The notes beneath the pieces are model-generated. The model did not search any database. It had not been told where the DNA came from and worked only from the letters and a program-made list of their open reading frames with translations. Shown here piece by piece: positions 47,486-57,588 of a stretch of 64,000 nt of DNA (the first letter of the stretch is position 1; every line of letters starts with the position of its first letter). Both the position numbers and the translations under genes were made by a program. Source of the stretch: an uncultured delta proteobacterium (lineage in GTDB: Bacteria > Desulfobacterota > Binatia > Binatales > Binataceae); NCBI GenBank assembly GCA_963711565.1, contig CAVQEQ010000003.1, positions 1,376,001 to 1,440,000 on the forward strand, read 5' to 3'.

Positions 47486-50400
47486 TTATATCCACAATAT
47501 CGCGCCGCTCGCGGGACGCCCCGTGCTCTCTCGGACCGCTCGCACATAGAACCTGATCTGCGCGCGATATTCGTCGAGTCGCGGCGCGACTTCTACATCG
47601 GTCTTGAAATCGACCACCGTCCAGACCACGCCATCGACGGTATTCTCCGCGAACGCGAGATCCGCGATTCCTTCGACCGCGGTGCCGTCTTCGAGCCGGA
47701 TCATCAGCGGACACTCACGCATCACGGTTTGCGCAGCCGTCGCGCGAAGCATCAGCGGAGATTTGAGCGCAGCTTTCACCGCGGTCACGGCGGCTGCGAT
47801 CTCGTCGTCGGGCGCGCCGATCATCTTGGCCGCGCTCGCCGCGATCTTGCCGAGCTCGCGCGCGTCCGCGTCGAACGGCGCTCGCAGCATCGTCAGATGC
47901 ACGAGCGTGCCGAAGCGTTTGCCATGCGGGCGGCCGCGATCGCGACGCGTCTCTTCAATCGCGATAGTCTCGGCGGATGCCGGTCCGTCCGCCGGCGCGG
48001 CGAGCGCGAGCTCGGTTGCAGTCGCGACGTTGATACGCGGAGTCGTTCCCGCCGCGAGCATCGCCGTCCGGCTCGCGCTCCACGCTGCGTGCATTTTTTC
48101 GCCGCGGTCCGACACGAGTTTGTTCTCGTCGGCTTGCAGCAGCTTGTCCTGCCGCAGCCCCATCTTCTCCTCGACGTTGAGAATCAGCAGCCGCGGATCC
48201 CACCAGACCACTTGATGCGCCCCCTGTTGCACGCGATGTAGTCCCGGCGCCACCGATTTCACTTTGCCCGGCGCTTTTGGTGGACGCGTCAGCACGCTAT
48301 CGTCGCCGAATTCGGGGCATCCGGCAGGATGCGCCGACAACGGGGCGCGCCGTTCCGTATTCGCCGGATAGACGACGGGATTCAGCCGCGCGAGCCAGCC
48401 GTCGCTCTCCTCGTCGCCAACCGCCGGCACCACGAGCAGATCGCGCGCGCGGGTGGCAGCCACGTAGAGCAGGCGAATCGATTCTTCAACGTCGCGGTCA
48501 TGCTCTTTCGCCGCATGCTCCTGCAGTTCGCGCGGCGCGCATCCGGCAAGTTCCATCGCGGCCAGCTTCGACGACGGCTCGATATACCGCGACGCGTCGG
48601 CGCGAGTCTCGTTGCAGGTGATATCGGCGAGAATCACGACGGGAAACTCGAGACCCTTCGCGCGATGCACCGTCATTATCCGCACGCCCTCGGTCCCTTC
48701 CTCGACGATCGGCGTCTCGCTCGCCTCGTCGCGTTCAGCGCGCGCTTCGAGCTCATCGACGAACGCCCGAAACGACGTCGTGCCGCCGCGCGCTTCGTAA
48801 CGCCGCGCCTGGTCCATGATTCGCATGATATTCGCGAGCGCCTGTTCGCCGGTCGGCCAGATCGCGAACCCGGCATGCGCACGCGTCGTCGCCAGCAGCA
48901 TCGCGATCGTCTCCGCGATCGGCCGTCGATTCCGTCCGCGATGCAGATTCTTGATCACGTCGAGCGCGCCCTTCACTTCCTTCAGGCTGTCGGGAAGATC
49001 GTCGGGCAGCTTGCGAAACGGATGCAGGCTGCCGATGGTCATTCGGAATTCGAGCAGCGCCGCATCCGACAGCGCGAACACGGGACCGCGCAGCGCTGCG
49101 AACACCATCAACTCGTCGTCGGGCCGCTCGATCGCTCCCAGCAGATTGCGGATCGCGATCACCTCTTCGCGCTCGTTGAACGATCCGCCCTTGACCAGCA
49201 CGTGCGGCAGATGCCGCGCCTCGAGCGCGCGCAGATACGGCCGCGTCACGTCGCGCCCGAACGAATTCATGCGGCGAAACAGGATGCAGATATGGCGCGG
49301 GCGAATCGGCACCCGCACATCGGGCGCCTCGCGATCGGTCACCGTCCATCCGCTCTCATGCACCAGCCATCGCGCGTACGCGGCGATCGCCTCCGGAATC
49401 GACTCGTCGATTTTCCAGTTCACGACGCGGCCGAAATCGCCGTACGGCTCCGGCACCGGCAGCACGACGATCGACGGCTGGGTGGCGGGCTCGGCGCGAT
49501 ACCGCATCAAAGGCGCGTAGGCCGGCTGCGTGCCCGACTCCTCGCTCATCAACGGCGCGAACGCAGCGTTGACCATCGTTTGAATCGCGGGCGTCGCGCG
49601 AAAGCTGACTGTCAGATGCTCGAGTTGCGCACCATGCATCAGCAGCAGTTGTTTGACGCCCTGATAGAGCGAAACGTCGGCGCGGCGAAAACGGTAAATC
49701 GATTGTTTCGGATCGCCGACGATAAATAATTTCCCGGCGATCGGCTTGACCTTCAGCCAGTTGGTCTCGGCGGGATCGGCCGACGACAACAGCAGAATGA
49801 TTTCCGCCTGTAGCGGGTCGGTATCCTGGAATTCATCGACGAAAATATACGTGAAGCGATTCTGCAGCTCGGCGCGTACCGCGGCGTTGTCGCGAACGAG
49901 ATTGCGCGCGACGAGCAGCAAGTCGAGGAAATCGAGGCGTCCAGCGCGCCGCTTCAGGTCTTCGTAGATACCGACGATCGGCCACAATTCGTCGCGCAGC
50001 AGAGGCGCGAGATTCGCGCCCGCGTCGTCGCGAAACTTTTCCAACCGCGCGCGCAGCTCGGCGCGACGCCGAAACACTTCTTCGCGCTCGACCGCGCCGA
50101 AGCCGCCGCCGTATCCCTTCCAATCCCAGCGGCGCCCCGTGCAGAGAGCGATCAGCACAGATTCGAGCGCGTCGTAATCGCGCCCGCGCACCGCCTCGAG
50201 CCGGGTCGCCTCCGCCACGGGCCGCGCGATCGCGTCGAGGCCCTTCGCCAGCCAGTCGTCGTCCTCGCCAAGTTCGGAAAGTTTGCCGAGCGCTTCGACC
50301 TCCGCGATTATCGCGTCGATCTCGGCGTCGCGCGCGAAGGGCGAATGTACCCACGGCGAATCGAAGTCGCGCCAGTTCATCAGCTCGAGCGCCGCGCGGC

Positions 50401-50947
50401 GCGCGATCGCACGCGGCCCCGTTCGCGCCGACAGATCGCGCCGGCGCAGCAGCCGCCGCATCCCCTCGCCCGGATTGTCCAGGATTTTTTCAAACCATCG
50501 CTCGAAGGCGGCGTCGAACATCTCACCCGCAACGTCCTCGGGCGCGACTTCGAACATCGGATCGACCTGCGCTTCCACCGGCCGCTCGCGCAGCAGGTCG
50601 GCGCAGAACGAATGAATCGTGCCGATGCGCGCTTCTTCCAGTTGCTTGAGCGCGAGGTCGAAGCGCGCGCGCGCTTCGCTCGCAGGCTCAGTGCCTTGCC
50701 GCGCGCGTTCGATTTCCGCGCGCAGCCGCAGTTTCAGCTCGCCGGCAGCCTTTTCGGTGAACGTCACCGCGACGATCCGCGCCAGTTCGCCCCGACCCGA
50801 CCCGATAACTGATACGATTCGATTCACCAGCGCCGTGGTCTTGCCGGTGCCGGCCGCCGCCTCGATCACGAGCGTGACATCGAGGTCGTCGCGAATACGA
50901 TCGCGCACCGCCTGATCGGAGATGATTGCCGGGTTCGCGAGCGTCAT
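47486..50947 (-). CDS. addA: UvrD-like helicase/nuclease, AddA-type subunit
   Basis: Motifs 'AAAGTGKT', 'VTFTEKAA.EL', 'VDEFQDT', 'VGDPKQSIYRFR', 'MTVHRAKGLEF' and 'YVAATRA'; C-terminal 'GIAD...VDFKT' nuclease. Confidence 0.85.
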   Translation of the reverse strand: MTLANPAIISDQAVRDRIRDDLDVTLVIEAAAGTGKTTALVNRIVSVIGSGRGELARIVAVTFTEKAAGELKLRLRAEIERARQGTEPASEARARFDLALKQLEEARIGTIHSFCADLLRERPVEAQVDPMFEVAPEDVAGEMFDAAFERWFEKILDNPGEGMRRLLRRRDLSARTGPRAIARRAALELMNWRDFDSPWVHSPFARDAEIDAIIAEVEALGKLSELGEDDDWLAKGLDAIARPVAEATRLEAVRGRDYDALESVLIALCTGRRWDWKGYGGGFGAVEREEVFRRRAELRARLEKFRDDAGANLAPLLRDELWPIVGIYEDLKRRAGRLDFLDLLLVARNLVRDNAAVRAELQNRFTYIFVDEFQDTDPLQAEIILLLSSADPAETNWLKVKPIAGKLFIVGDPKQSIYRFRRADVSLYQGVKQLLLMHGAQLEHLTVSFRATPAIQTMVNAAFAPLMSEESGTQPAYAPLMRYRAEPATQPSIVVLPVPEPYGDFGRVVNWKIDESIPEAIAAYARWLVHESGWTVTDREAPDVRVPIRPRHICILFRRMNSFGRDVTRPYLRALEARHLPHVLVKGGSFNEREEVIAIRNLLGAIERPDDELMVFAALRGPVFALSDAALLEFRMTIGSLHPFRKLPDDLPDSLKEVKGALDVIKNLHRGRNRRPIAETIAMLLATTRAHAGFAIWPTGEQALANIMRIMDQARRYEARGGTTSFRAFVDELEARAERDEASETPIVEEGTEGVRIMTVHRAKGLEFPVVILADITCNETRADASRYIEPSSKLAAMELAGCAPRELQEHAAKEHDRDVEESIRLLYVAATRARDLLVVPAVGDEESDGWLARLNPVVYPANTERRAPLSAHPAGCPEFGDDSVLTRPPKAPGKVKSVAPGLHRVQQGAHQVVWWDPRLLILNVEEKMGLRQDKLLQADENKLVSDRGEKMHAAWSASRTAMLAAGTTPRINVATATELALAAPADGPASAETIAIEETRRDRGRPHGKRFGTLVHLTMLRAPFDADARELGKIAASAAKMIGAPDDEIAAAVTAVKAALKSPLMLRATAAQTVMRECPLMIRLEDGTAVEGIADLAFAENTVDGVVWTVVDFKTDVEVAPRLDEYRAQIRFYVRAVRESTGRPASGAILWI

Positions 50948-53900
50948 GGCATCTCGCGCAGCCGCGTCAGCGACTTGAGCCGCACTTTCGGTTTGATTTT
51001 CGAGCGCCGCTCCTCGTACGGGCCGCACACGCGCTTGTAGTCGCACCAGTCGCATTCGCGATCGTCCGGCGCGGCGGGCAGAAAGCCGGCTTCGAGCGAC
51101 TCCTTGACGATCTCGACGAAATCGCGCGACGCGCGGCGGGCCTCGTCGTTGATCTCGACGACACGCTCCTCGTAGCCGCCCGCGGCGGTGCAGTAGTAGA
51201 GCCGTCCGGCGTAAATTTTCTCGCGCAGAACTTGTTCGGCGGCGAGCGCGTACAGCACCGGCTGCAGCGTCTTGCCGCCGCCGATGATGAAGTTCTTCTC
51301 GGCGCGCACTTTCCCGGTCTTGTGATCGGTCACGCGAATTCGCCCGGCCGCATCGCGCTCGAGCAAATCGATCGACCCGCGCAAACTCAAGCCGCCTTCG
51401 ATCGCGACCGGGTCCGCCGAGCTGTGCGGGTCCGCCTGCGCGCGATCGCGCAGCCCAAAGCCGAGCTCGAACCACTCGGGACGCCAATGTTCCGGGTCGT
51501 CGGCCGCCCGGCGCATCCACTCGCGCAGGTCGGCGCGGATACCTTCGATGCCGTCGAGCCACACGCGCTCGATCGCCGGCGCGAGATCCTCATGCCATCG
51601 CGCCGCAACTTCGTCGAGCTTCTCGTCGAGCAACCCCGACGCGTCATCCAGGTCGTCAGGCGTCACCGGCAGCACGTCGAGCTCCCGCAGCGCCGACAGG
51701 ATCTCGTACTGCACCTCGGCGAACAGGCCGCCGCGCGTGAGCGGATCGAGCGTGTCAATCGCCTCGGGCTCCTCGCGCGGTTCAAGCCGATGAACCGCTT
51801 GCAGAAAAAAACGATACGGGCACGCCGCGAAATTTTGCAGCGCGGTCGGCGAGTACGAACGCGCGCTCAACTGATGCTTGCCCAGCGCCGCCAGCGCGGC
51901 CGGATCAGGATCGACAAGGCCGTCGGCCGAGGTCCATCGCCGCAGCCACCGGCGCGCCCGCGCGCGCAACGCCCGCCCGAGATGAACGTTCGCGCCCAGC
52001 AAATAGTTCGCCGCGCCTGTGGTGGTATCCGGATCGGCGTCCACCAGTTTGTCGAGCACCGCCAGATCGAATTCCGCGTCGTCGATCGCGTCGGCAGGAT
52101 TCGCCGGCGCCGGCCATGAAAGGCGCGTCACCGGCTGCGATGCGGCGCGCGTCGCCAGCTCGTCGAAGCCGGGCAGGCGGCCTTCCGCAGCGCGCAGAAT
52201 TTCGAGCGCGTAGAAGGACGGCACGCGCGGCCGGCCCTGGTCGAGATCGACTCGCGGATATGAGAACATCACGCGCTCGCGCGCCGCGCCAGCCGCGATT
52301 CTCAATGCGAGTCGCTCCGCACCGACGCGTTGCTCGTTGCGAGCGAGATACGGACTCAGCCGCGCGCGCGACGCATCGGAAAGAATTGGATCCTCGGTCA
52401 GCTTGCGCGGAAACATCCGCTCGGCAAGGCCGGGGACGATGACAACGTCGAACTCCATGCAGCGAGCGCGATTCGGCGGCGCGACGAACACCGCGCCGTA
52501 ACGACGCACGCGCCGCGGAGTTTCGAGACGCCCGAGCCGATCGTTCAGCACGATGCGCACCTCGTCGAGTCCAACCGGACCGACCGGCGCCATCGGCTCG
52601 AGCTCGGCGAGCGCGGCGAGCACCGGCTCGCGATCGCGAATCGCGAGATCGATCAGCGCGCGAAGAAACTTGAGCCAGTCGCCCCAAGTCGCATCGCGCG
52701 GCGCCGCTTCGAGCATCGTGAGGATCGGCATCGCCACTTCGCCGAGATGCGCGAGGTCGAGAATTCGCCGCTCAAGGCCGGCCGCGTGCGCGTCGTCGTC
52801 GGCAAGTTCCTTGCGCCGCGCCGCGAGATCGTTACCGAGACCAGCCAGCCGCTTGCGCCATCGTTCGGCGCTGCCGATCACGGCCGCCTCGACGAGCAGC
52901 CGTTCCCATCGCCACGGCGCGCGCGCGGTTCCGTCGATGACCGGAACGGGATCTGAGGCGAAATTGGAGAGATCAGCATTGCTTGCACTTTCGTCCGCGG
53001 CAACGTCACTCTCGACTTCAAGATCCGACTCAAGCGGCGCCGGCGCGAGTTCCGCGTCCGGACTGACGGTCGGCTCGTCGTCACGCGCGCGATCGGGGTC
53101 GGGCACTTGAGCGAGCGAGAGATATTCGGCAAAGCGCCGCGCCGAAAGATTTTCCGCGGCGCAGCAAAGCAGCGCGAGCATCGCGCGACCGCCCGGCTCG
53201 GGGCGCCGCGCGCCGCGCGCAAAGTAAGCCGGGATCTCGGCGCGGGCGAGCACCTCCTGCAGGTACGGCGCGTAGCGAATCGGATCGTGCAGCAGCACGG
53301 CGATTCGATCGAACGGCACGCCGCGGCGCGCCTCGGCGGCGATTCGGCGCGCGATCTCCACGCACTCGTGCATCTCGCCGGGCGCCGAAATCACCGTCAC
53401 GGATTCGTCAACGTCGCGCTCGGGCGGGGCTGTATTCGCGAACAAATGGGTCTGGAGACGCTCGAGCGACGGCGCGATGCTTTCGTTGACGGTCGGCGAT
53501 AGCGGAGTTGCACGCACGCCGAGAGCGTCTTCGAGGATCGATTGGACGGGCGAGTCGCCGGCGGGAATCGTCGCGAGAATCGACGGCGAACATGCGGCGA
53601 GGGCCGCGATAAAGTCGCGATCGAGCGCGCTGTCCACGGATGGATCGAGCAACAAAATCGGCAGACCGACGAAGCGCGGCGGATCGGGCGCGAGTACCGC
53701 GCGCGTCGCGACTTTAAGCATCCCGGCACGATCGATCAGCTTCGCTTCGGCCAGCTCGGCGTCGAACTGCGCGAGTGTCGCGGCAATCGCGTCGCCCGCG
53801 CCGCCCAGCGCGCGCAGGTCGTCGGCGGCGATGTTGTTCCATCGAAGCTCGATCAGCGTGCGCGCCAGTGCGCGCGAGAAGCCGGGAAGATTCAGCACCG

Positions 53901-54234
53901 GCGCAAAGTGCTCAAGCGCTCCCGACGGGGCGAGGCGGAAGACCGCGCGCGCGGCGACCGCTTCGGCGGCGAGTCCGTCGGCGGGCGCGAGGCCGGTATC
54001 GGCGAGTTCCTCGGCGGCGAGCAATCCGATCAGGCGGTTGAGAGTCAGGCGATGCACCCCGAGCATCGCGCCGCGCGATATTGCAAACGCGCGCACGAGG
54101 TCGTCGGCAGCTTCCTTGACCGACGCGATCACCAGGACTTCGGTGGCGGATGGCTGCGAGTCGAGCCACGCGCGGGCGGCGGCGATGCGCTTATCGGCGC
54201 GTTCGGAGATTATGATTTCATGAGAGGCTGGCAT
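50944..54234 (-). CDS. addB: AddB-type subunit: degenerate helicase plus PD-(D/E)XK nuclease with Fe-S cysteines
   Basis: Motifs 'SPTALQNFAACPYRFF', 'GSID...DHKTG', 'LQ..LY' and 'CDWCDYKRVC'; overlaps the addA start (ATGA). Confidence 0.82.
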   Translation of the reverse strand: MPASHEIIISERADKRIAAARAWLDSQPSATEVLVIASVKEAADDLVRAFAISRGAMLGVHRLTLNRLIGLLAAEELADTGLAPADGLAAEAVAARAVFRLAPSGALEHFAPVLNLPGFSRALARTLIELRWNNIAADDLRALGGAGDAIAATLAQFDAELAEAKLIDRAGMLKVATRAVLAPDPPRFVGLPILLLDPSVDSALDRDFIAALAACSPSILATIPAGDSPVQSILEDALGVRATPLSPTVNESIAPSLERLQTHLFANTAPPERDVDESVTVISAPGEMHECVEIARRIAAEARRGVPFDRIAVLLHDPIRYAPYLQEVLARAEIPAYFARGARRPEPGGRAMLALLCCAAENLSARRFAEYLSLAQVPDPDRARDDEPTVSPDAELAPAPLESDLEVESDVAADESASNADLSNFASDPVPVIDGTARAPWRWERLLVEAAVIGSAERWRKRLAGLGNDLAARRKELADDDAHAAGLERRILDLAHLGEVAMPILTMLEAAPRDATWGDWLKFLRALIDLAIRDREPVLAALAELEPMAPVGPVGLDEVRIVLNDRLGRLETPRRVRRYGAVFVAPPNRARCMEFDVVIVPGLAERMFPRKLTEDPILSDASRARLSPYLARNEQRVGAERLALRIAAGAARERVMFSYPRVDLDQGRPRVPSFYALEILRAAEGRLPGFDELATRAASQPVTRLSWPAPANPADAIDDAEFDLAVLDKLVDADPDTTTGAANYLLGANVHLGRALRARARRWLRRWTSADGLVDPDPAALAALGKHQLSARSYSPTALQNFAACPYRFFLQAVHRLEPREEPEAIDTLDPLTRGGLFAEVQYEILSALRELDVLPVTPDDLDDASGLLDEKLDEVAARWHEDLAPAIERVWLDGIEGIRADLREWMRRAADDPEHWRPEWFELGFGLRDRAQADPHSSADPVAIEGGLSLRGSIDLLERDAAGRIRVTDHKTGKVRAEKNFIIGGGKTLQPVLYALAAEQVLREKIYAGRLYYCTAAGGYEERVVEINDEARRASRDFVEIVKESLEAGFLPAAPDDRECDWCDYKRVCGPYEERRSKIKPKVRLKSLTRLREMP

Positions 54235-54366
54235 CCGGCGCGGCGCGAAGCTTGATACGCGACATATCTATCGTGTGCTCCGGGTATCGGAGCTTCAAGA
54301 GCCGCGCCGGGTTTGTTTCCACAGCGTGGACAACGGTTGTCATCGGTCGAGTTGTAGCAGATGCAG

Positions 54367-54411
54367 AATCCGCCGTGGGTCTCCCTAGGCACGGTTGACC
54401 CCTACACCCGG
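54367..54411. repeat. Structured intergenic element, copy B (similar to 25715-25772)
   Basis: AATCCGCCGTGGGTCTCCCTAGGCACGGTTGACCCCTACACCCGG aligns by eye to copy A. Confidence 0.55.
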
Positions 54412-54577
54412 TCGTTCTGCCATTCAGAGCGAAGCGAAGAATCCCGGTTTTTTCGCGTCGTGCCAGCCGCTGCGGCCTCTGATACCTCGCCCGTTATTTT
54501 GCGGGAGAGGCGGCCGGCGGGTGCAAGCCGCCGGTAGGTGAGGGTGCTGCGGTGCAAGATCCGAGCGCGCAACGTCG

Positions 54578-54952
54578 CTAATGCGAGCCGCCTTTTCCCC
54601 GCATCGAGATTTCGTCCCATAGAAGTAGCTGGTAGCCGTCGGGATCGCGGAGTTCGGCGCCGTAGCCCCAGAAATATTTTCCTGGAGGATTGGTGAACGC
54701 GACGCCCTTCGATTGGAGTTCTTTGTACTTCGAATCTACGTCGTCAACTTGCAGGGTGAGAGAGCATTTGGCGCCGGAGAGTTGGGCGGGTTGCTCGTAG
54801 AGGAAGATCGTGAAGCCGGCGTCGTCCTGGATTGCGGAGGTTTTGCGATCGGGGACTTCGAATTCAACTTTGAAGCCGAAGTTGCGCACGTACCAATCGC
54901 GCGAGGTTTGGTAGTTCGTGACCGGGAGATTCATGTGATCAAATTTGACCAT
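54578..54952 (-). CDS. VOC/glyoxalase family protein
   Basis: Motifs 'DHMNLPV', 'WY..NFGF', 'VDDVD' and 'WG..AELRDPDG'. Confidence 0.9.
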   Translation of the reverse strand: MVKFDHMNLPVTNYQTSRDWYVRNFGFKVEFEVPDRKTSAIQDDAGFTIFLYEQPAQLSGAKCSLTLQVDDVDSKYKELQSKGVAFTNPPGKYFWGYGAELRDPDGYQLLLWDEISMRGKGGSH

Positions 54953-54974
54953 GTCGCCGCTCCTTGTTCCGTCT

Positions 54975-55739
54975 CTAAAACTTTCCGTGTCTGCCTACGC
55001 CCAACGCGAAGCGCTCGGCGCCGGCGCGAGTCTCACCTGATTCGATCGTCGCGATGCCGTAGCGGTACTCGTTCTTGAGCGCGTCCTCGAGCGGCATCGT
55101 CCACGCTTCGTAGGCGGACATCCGATCACCGCGCATACATCGCTGCGGAAAGCTTGCGATTTGTTTGGCCAGCTCGCGCGCGTGGGACAATGCGGTGCCC
55201 GGCTCGACGACGCGATTCGCCAAGCCTATCGCGAATGCCTCTTCGCCCAAGACGCCGCGGCCCGTCAGGATCATGTCCATCGCACGACTCATCCCGATCA
55301 AACGCGGCAATCGAATTGTGCCGCCGTCACAGAGCGGCACGCCGAAGCGCCGGCAATACACGCCGAAGATCGCGTCGCGCGCGGCCACTCGCAGATCGCA
55401 CCATAGCGCGAGCTCGATTCCACCGGCGACGGCGAAGCCCTCGACCGCCGCGATAACCGGCTTGCCGAGCAGCATTCGCGTGCATCCGAGCGGCCCGTCG
55501 CCGTCCTCGGTCACTCGATTGCCGCGAGATGTCGCGACCGCTTTCAAATCCGCACCGGCGCAAAACATGTTACCGGCGCCGGTCAGGATCGCGACCGAGA
55601 GCGCGTCGTCGGCATCGAAGCGGCGGAACGCCTCGGCGAGCGCCGCGGCGGTTGGCTGATCGACTGCGTTGCGCGCCTCGGGGCGGTTGATCGTCACGAT
55701 TGCGATTTCGTTCTCGATTGCGAACTCGACCAGGCTCAT
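54975..55739 (-). CDS. Enoyl-CoA hydratase/isomerase (crotonase) family protein
   Basis: Motifs 'INRPEARNA', 'FCAGADLK' and 'KPVIAAVEG.AVAGG.ELAL.CD'. Confidence 0.92.
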   Translation of the reverse strand: MSLVEFAIENEIAIVTINRPEARNAVDQPTAAALAEAFRRFDADDALSVAILTGAGNMFCAGADLKAVATSRGNRVTEDGDGPLGCTRMLLGKPVIAAVEGFAVAGGIELALWCDLRVAARDAIFGVYCRRFGVPLCDGGTIRLPRLIGMSRAMDMILTGRGVLGEEAFAIGLANRVVEPGTALSHARELAKQIASFPQRCMRGDRMSAYEAWTMPLEDALKNEYRYGIATIESGETRAGAERFALGVGRHGKF

Positions 55740-55776
55740 CGAATTACCTCCGGCGCTAAATTGCGATCGCCGAAAA

Positions 55777-56334
55777 TTACTCTTTCAAAATCTTGCGTGT
55801 CGAGGAACGGAGGCGTACGACGCCGGAATCCAGCGAGTTGTGGCTCTCGAAGCCGTTGTGCGCGAATACCTCGAGCATCGCGCGGTTCTCGCCGAGCACG
55901 TCGGCCTCGAATTCCGCCACCCCGTTCGCATCGGCGATAAGGCTCAGGTGCTGCAGCAGTATCGTGCCGATGCCGTGTCCCTGGAACTGGTCGCGAACAG
56001 CGAACGCGACTTCCGCGCGATGCGGATCGGCGCCGCAAATGTAACGGCCGACACCAATGATGCGCTCGCGTCCATTTTCGCTCACGGTTGCAACCAGGCC
56101 GACATGACTTATGAAATCGAGCTCAGTTAGACGCTTGAGATCGTCCGGATAAAGATCGCGCTTCAGCCCCATGAAACGAAAATAGACGGACTGTTCGCTC
56201 ATGCTCTTGAAATGATCGTGGAGGCGTTCTTGATCGTCGGGACGAATCGCGCGAATCCGAATCGCGACGCCGTCGAGCATCGTCGCATCGATGCAATATT
56301 TGCGCGGGTCGGTGAGCATGTCGCGATCTGCCAT
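55777..56334 (-). CDS. GNAT acetyltransferase (Pat-like GNAT domain)
   Basis: Motifs 'IRAIRPDD', 'S.Y.RF', 'AEVAF.V.D..QG.GIG' and 'VL.EN..ML.VF'. Confidence 0.85.
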   Translation of the reverse strand: MADRDMLTDPRKYCIDATMLDGVAIRIRAIRPDDQERLHDHFKSMSEQSVYFRFMGLKRDLYPDDLKRLTELDFISHVGLVATVSENGRERIIGVGRYICGADPHRAEVAFAVRDQFQGHGIGTILLQHLSLIADANGVAEFEADVLGENRAMLEVFAHNGFESHNSLDSGVVRLRSSTRKILKE

Positions 56335-56413
56335 CGAACTGGAGGTTGAGTATAGCGGCGATTCCGCTTGGAATCTTGCGCGCATTTCGCTATGGCGATC
56401 GGAGCGGCGCACG

Positions 56414-57583
56414 ATGAGCGAATTTACGATCAAGGACAAGACTGCGATCGCCGGAGTCGGCGAGACGAAGTACTACAAGCGCGGGGCAGCGCCGGTCAGC
56501 GAATTTCGGCTCGCGCTCGAAGCGATTCAGCGCGCGGCCGACGATGCGGAGCTGCCAGTGAGCGCGATCGACGGGATCGCGTCGTACAGCAACGACCGCA
56601 ACGACTCGGTCCGCGTCGCGACCGCGCTCGGATTGCCGGAATTGCGCTTCACCAATATGTTCTGGGGTGGCGGCGGCGGTGGCGGCTCGGGTGCGATCGG
56701 CAACGCGGCGGCCGCGATCGTCGCGGGCTTCGCGACCTGCGTAGTTGTGTATCGCGCGCTGGCGCAGGGGCAGTTCGGCCGCTTCGGCGCGACGCCGGCG
56801 ACGCGCGCTATATCGGGGCCGATCGCGTACACGTGGCCGTACGGAATGTTGACGCCGGCGCAATGGATCGCGCTGCGCACGCGCCGCTTCATGCACGATC
56901 ACCACATCACGCAGGACCCGCTCGCGGCGATCGCGATGGCCTGCTATCACCACGCACAGTTCAATCCGCGCGCGATAATGTACGGCCGCCCGTTGACACG
57001 CGAGGCATACGACGAGTCGCGATGGATCGTCGAGCCGTTTCATCTCTACGACTGCTGCCTCGAGAACGACGGCGCAGCCGCGGTGATTGTCACGAGTGCC
57101 GAGCGCGCGCGCGATCTCAAGCAGAAGCCGGCGTACGTGATGGCGTCGGCGCAGGGCTCCGACTTCCGCCAGGGCGCCGCGGCCGAGAATGGTCCCGATT
57201 ACGCGACCTCGAACTTCAAGACGCTGGCGCCGCGCCTCTACGCGATGGCGGGGATCGAGCCCAAGGACGTCGACGTCGCGCAGGTGTACGAAAATTTCAC
57301 CGGCGCGGTGATGACCAGTATAGTCGAGCACGGCTTCTGCCATTCCGACGAAGTGATGGATTTCTGCACTTTCGAAAATCTGACCGCGCCCAACGGCAAG
57401 CTGCCAATCAACACCAGCGGCGGAAATCTCGCCGAGTGCTACATGCACGGACTGGAATTGATCATCGAGGCGGCGCGACAGGTGCGCGGGACTTCAACTT
57501 GCCAGGTGAACGACGCCGAGATTTCGATGGTCGTATCGGGACCTATGGTCGCGCCGGTGAGCGATCTGATCCTGCGCAGGTAA
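56414..57583 (+). CDS. Thiolase-like (SCP2/Ltp2-type) protein lacking the catalytic Cys
   Basis: Motifs 'AIAGVGET', 'NPRA', 'DCCLENDGAAA', 'VAQVYENFT' and 'PINTSGG.L.E'; Gly run at the usual Cys site. Confidence 0.85.
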   Translation: MSEFTIKDKTAIAGVGETKYYKRGAAPVSEFRLALEAIQRAADDAELPVSAIDGIASYSNDRNDSVRVATALGLPELRFTNMFWGGGGGGGSGAIGNAAAAIVAGFATCVVVYRALAQGQFGRFGATPATRAISGPIAYTWPYGMLTPAQWIALRTRRFMHDHHITQDPLAAIAMACYHHAQFNPRAIMYGRPLTREAYDESRWIVEPFHLYDCCLENDGAAAVIVTSAERARDLKQKPAYVMASAQGSDFRQGAAAENGPDYATSNFKTLAPRLYAMAGIEPKDVDVAQVYENFTGAVMTSIVEHGFCHSDEVMDFCTFENLTAPNGKLPINTSGGNLAECYMHGLELIIEAARQVRGTSTCQVNDAEISMVVSGPMVAPVSDLILRR

Positions 57584-57588
57584 GCGCG

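Noticed and set aside
48329-49729. Long antisense and alternate-frame ORFs over addAB, nuo, cys and other genes
   Set aside because: They are Arg/Ala-rich shadow ORFs with no family motifs, lying opposite well-supported genes.
47486-54234. Helicase plus PD-(D/E)XK (Cas4-like) nuclease pair as a novel defence system
   Set aside because: The motifs, sizes and addB-addA order fit the housekeeping AddAB recombination complex.
54210-54392. 60-aa ORF with CxC and CxxC upstream of addB
   Set aside because: It starts inside a repeat-like element, has no clear RBS and overlaps the addB start, so it is probably spurious.
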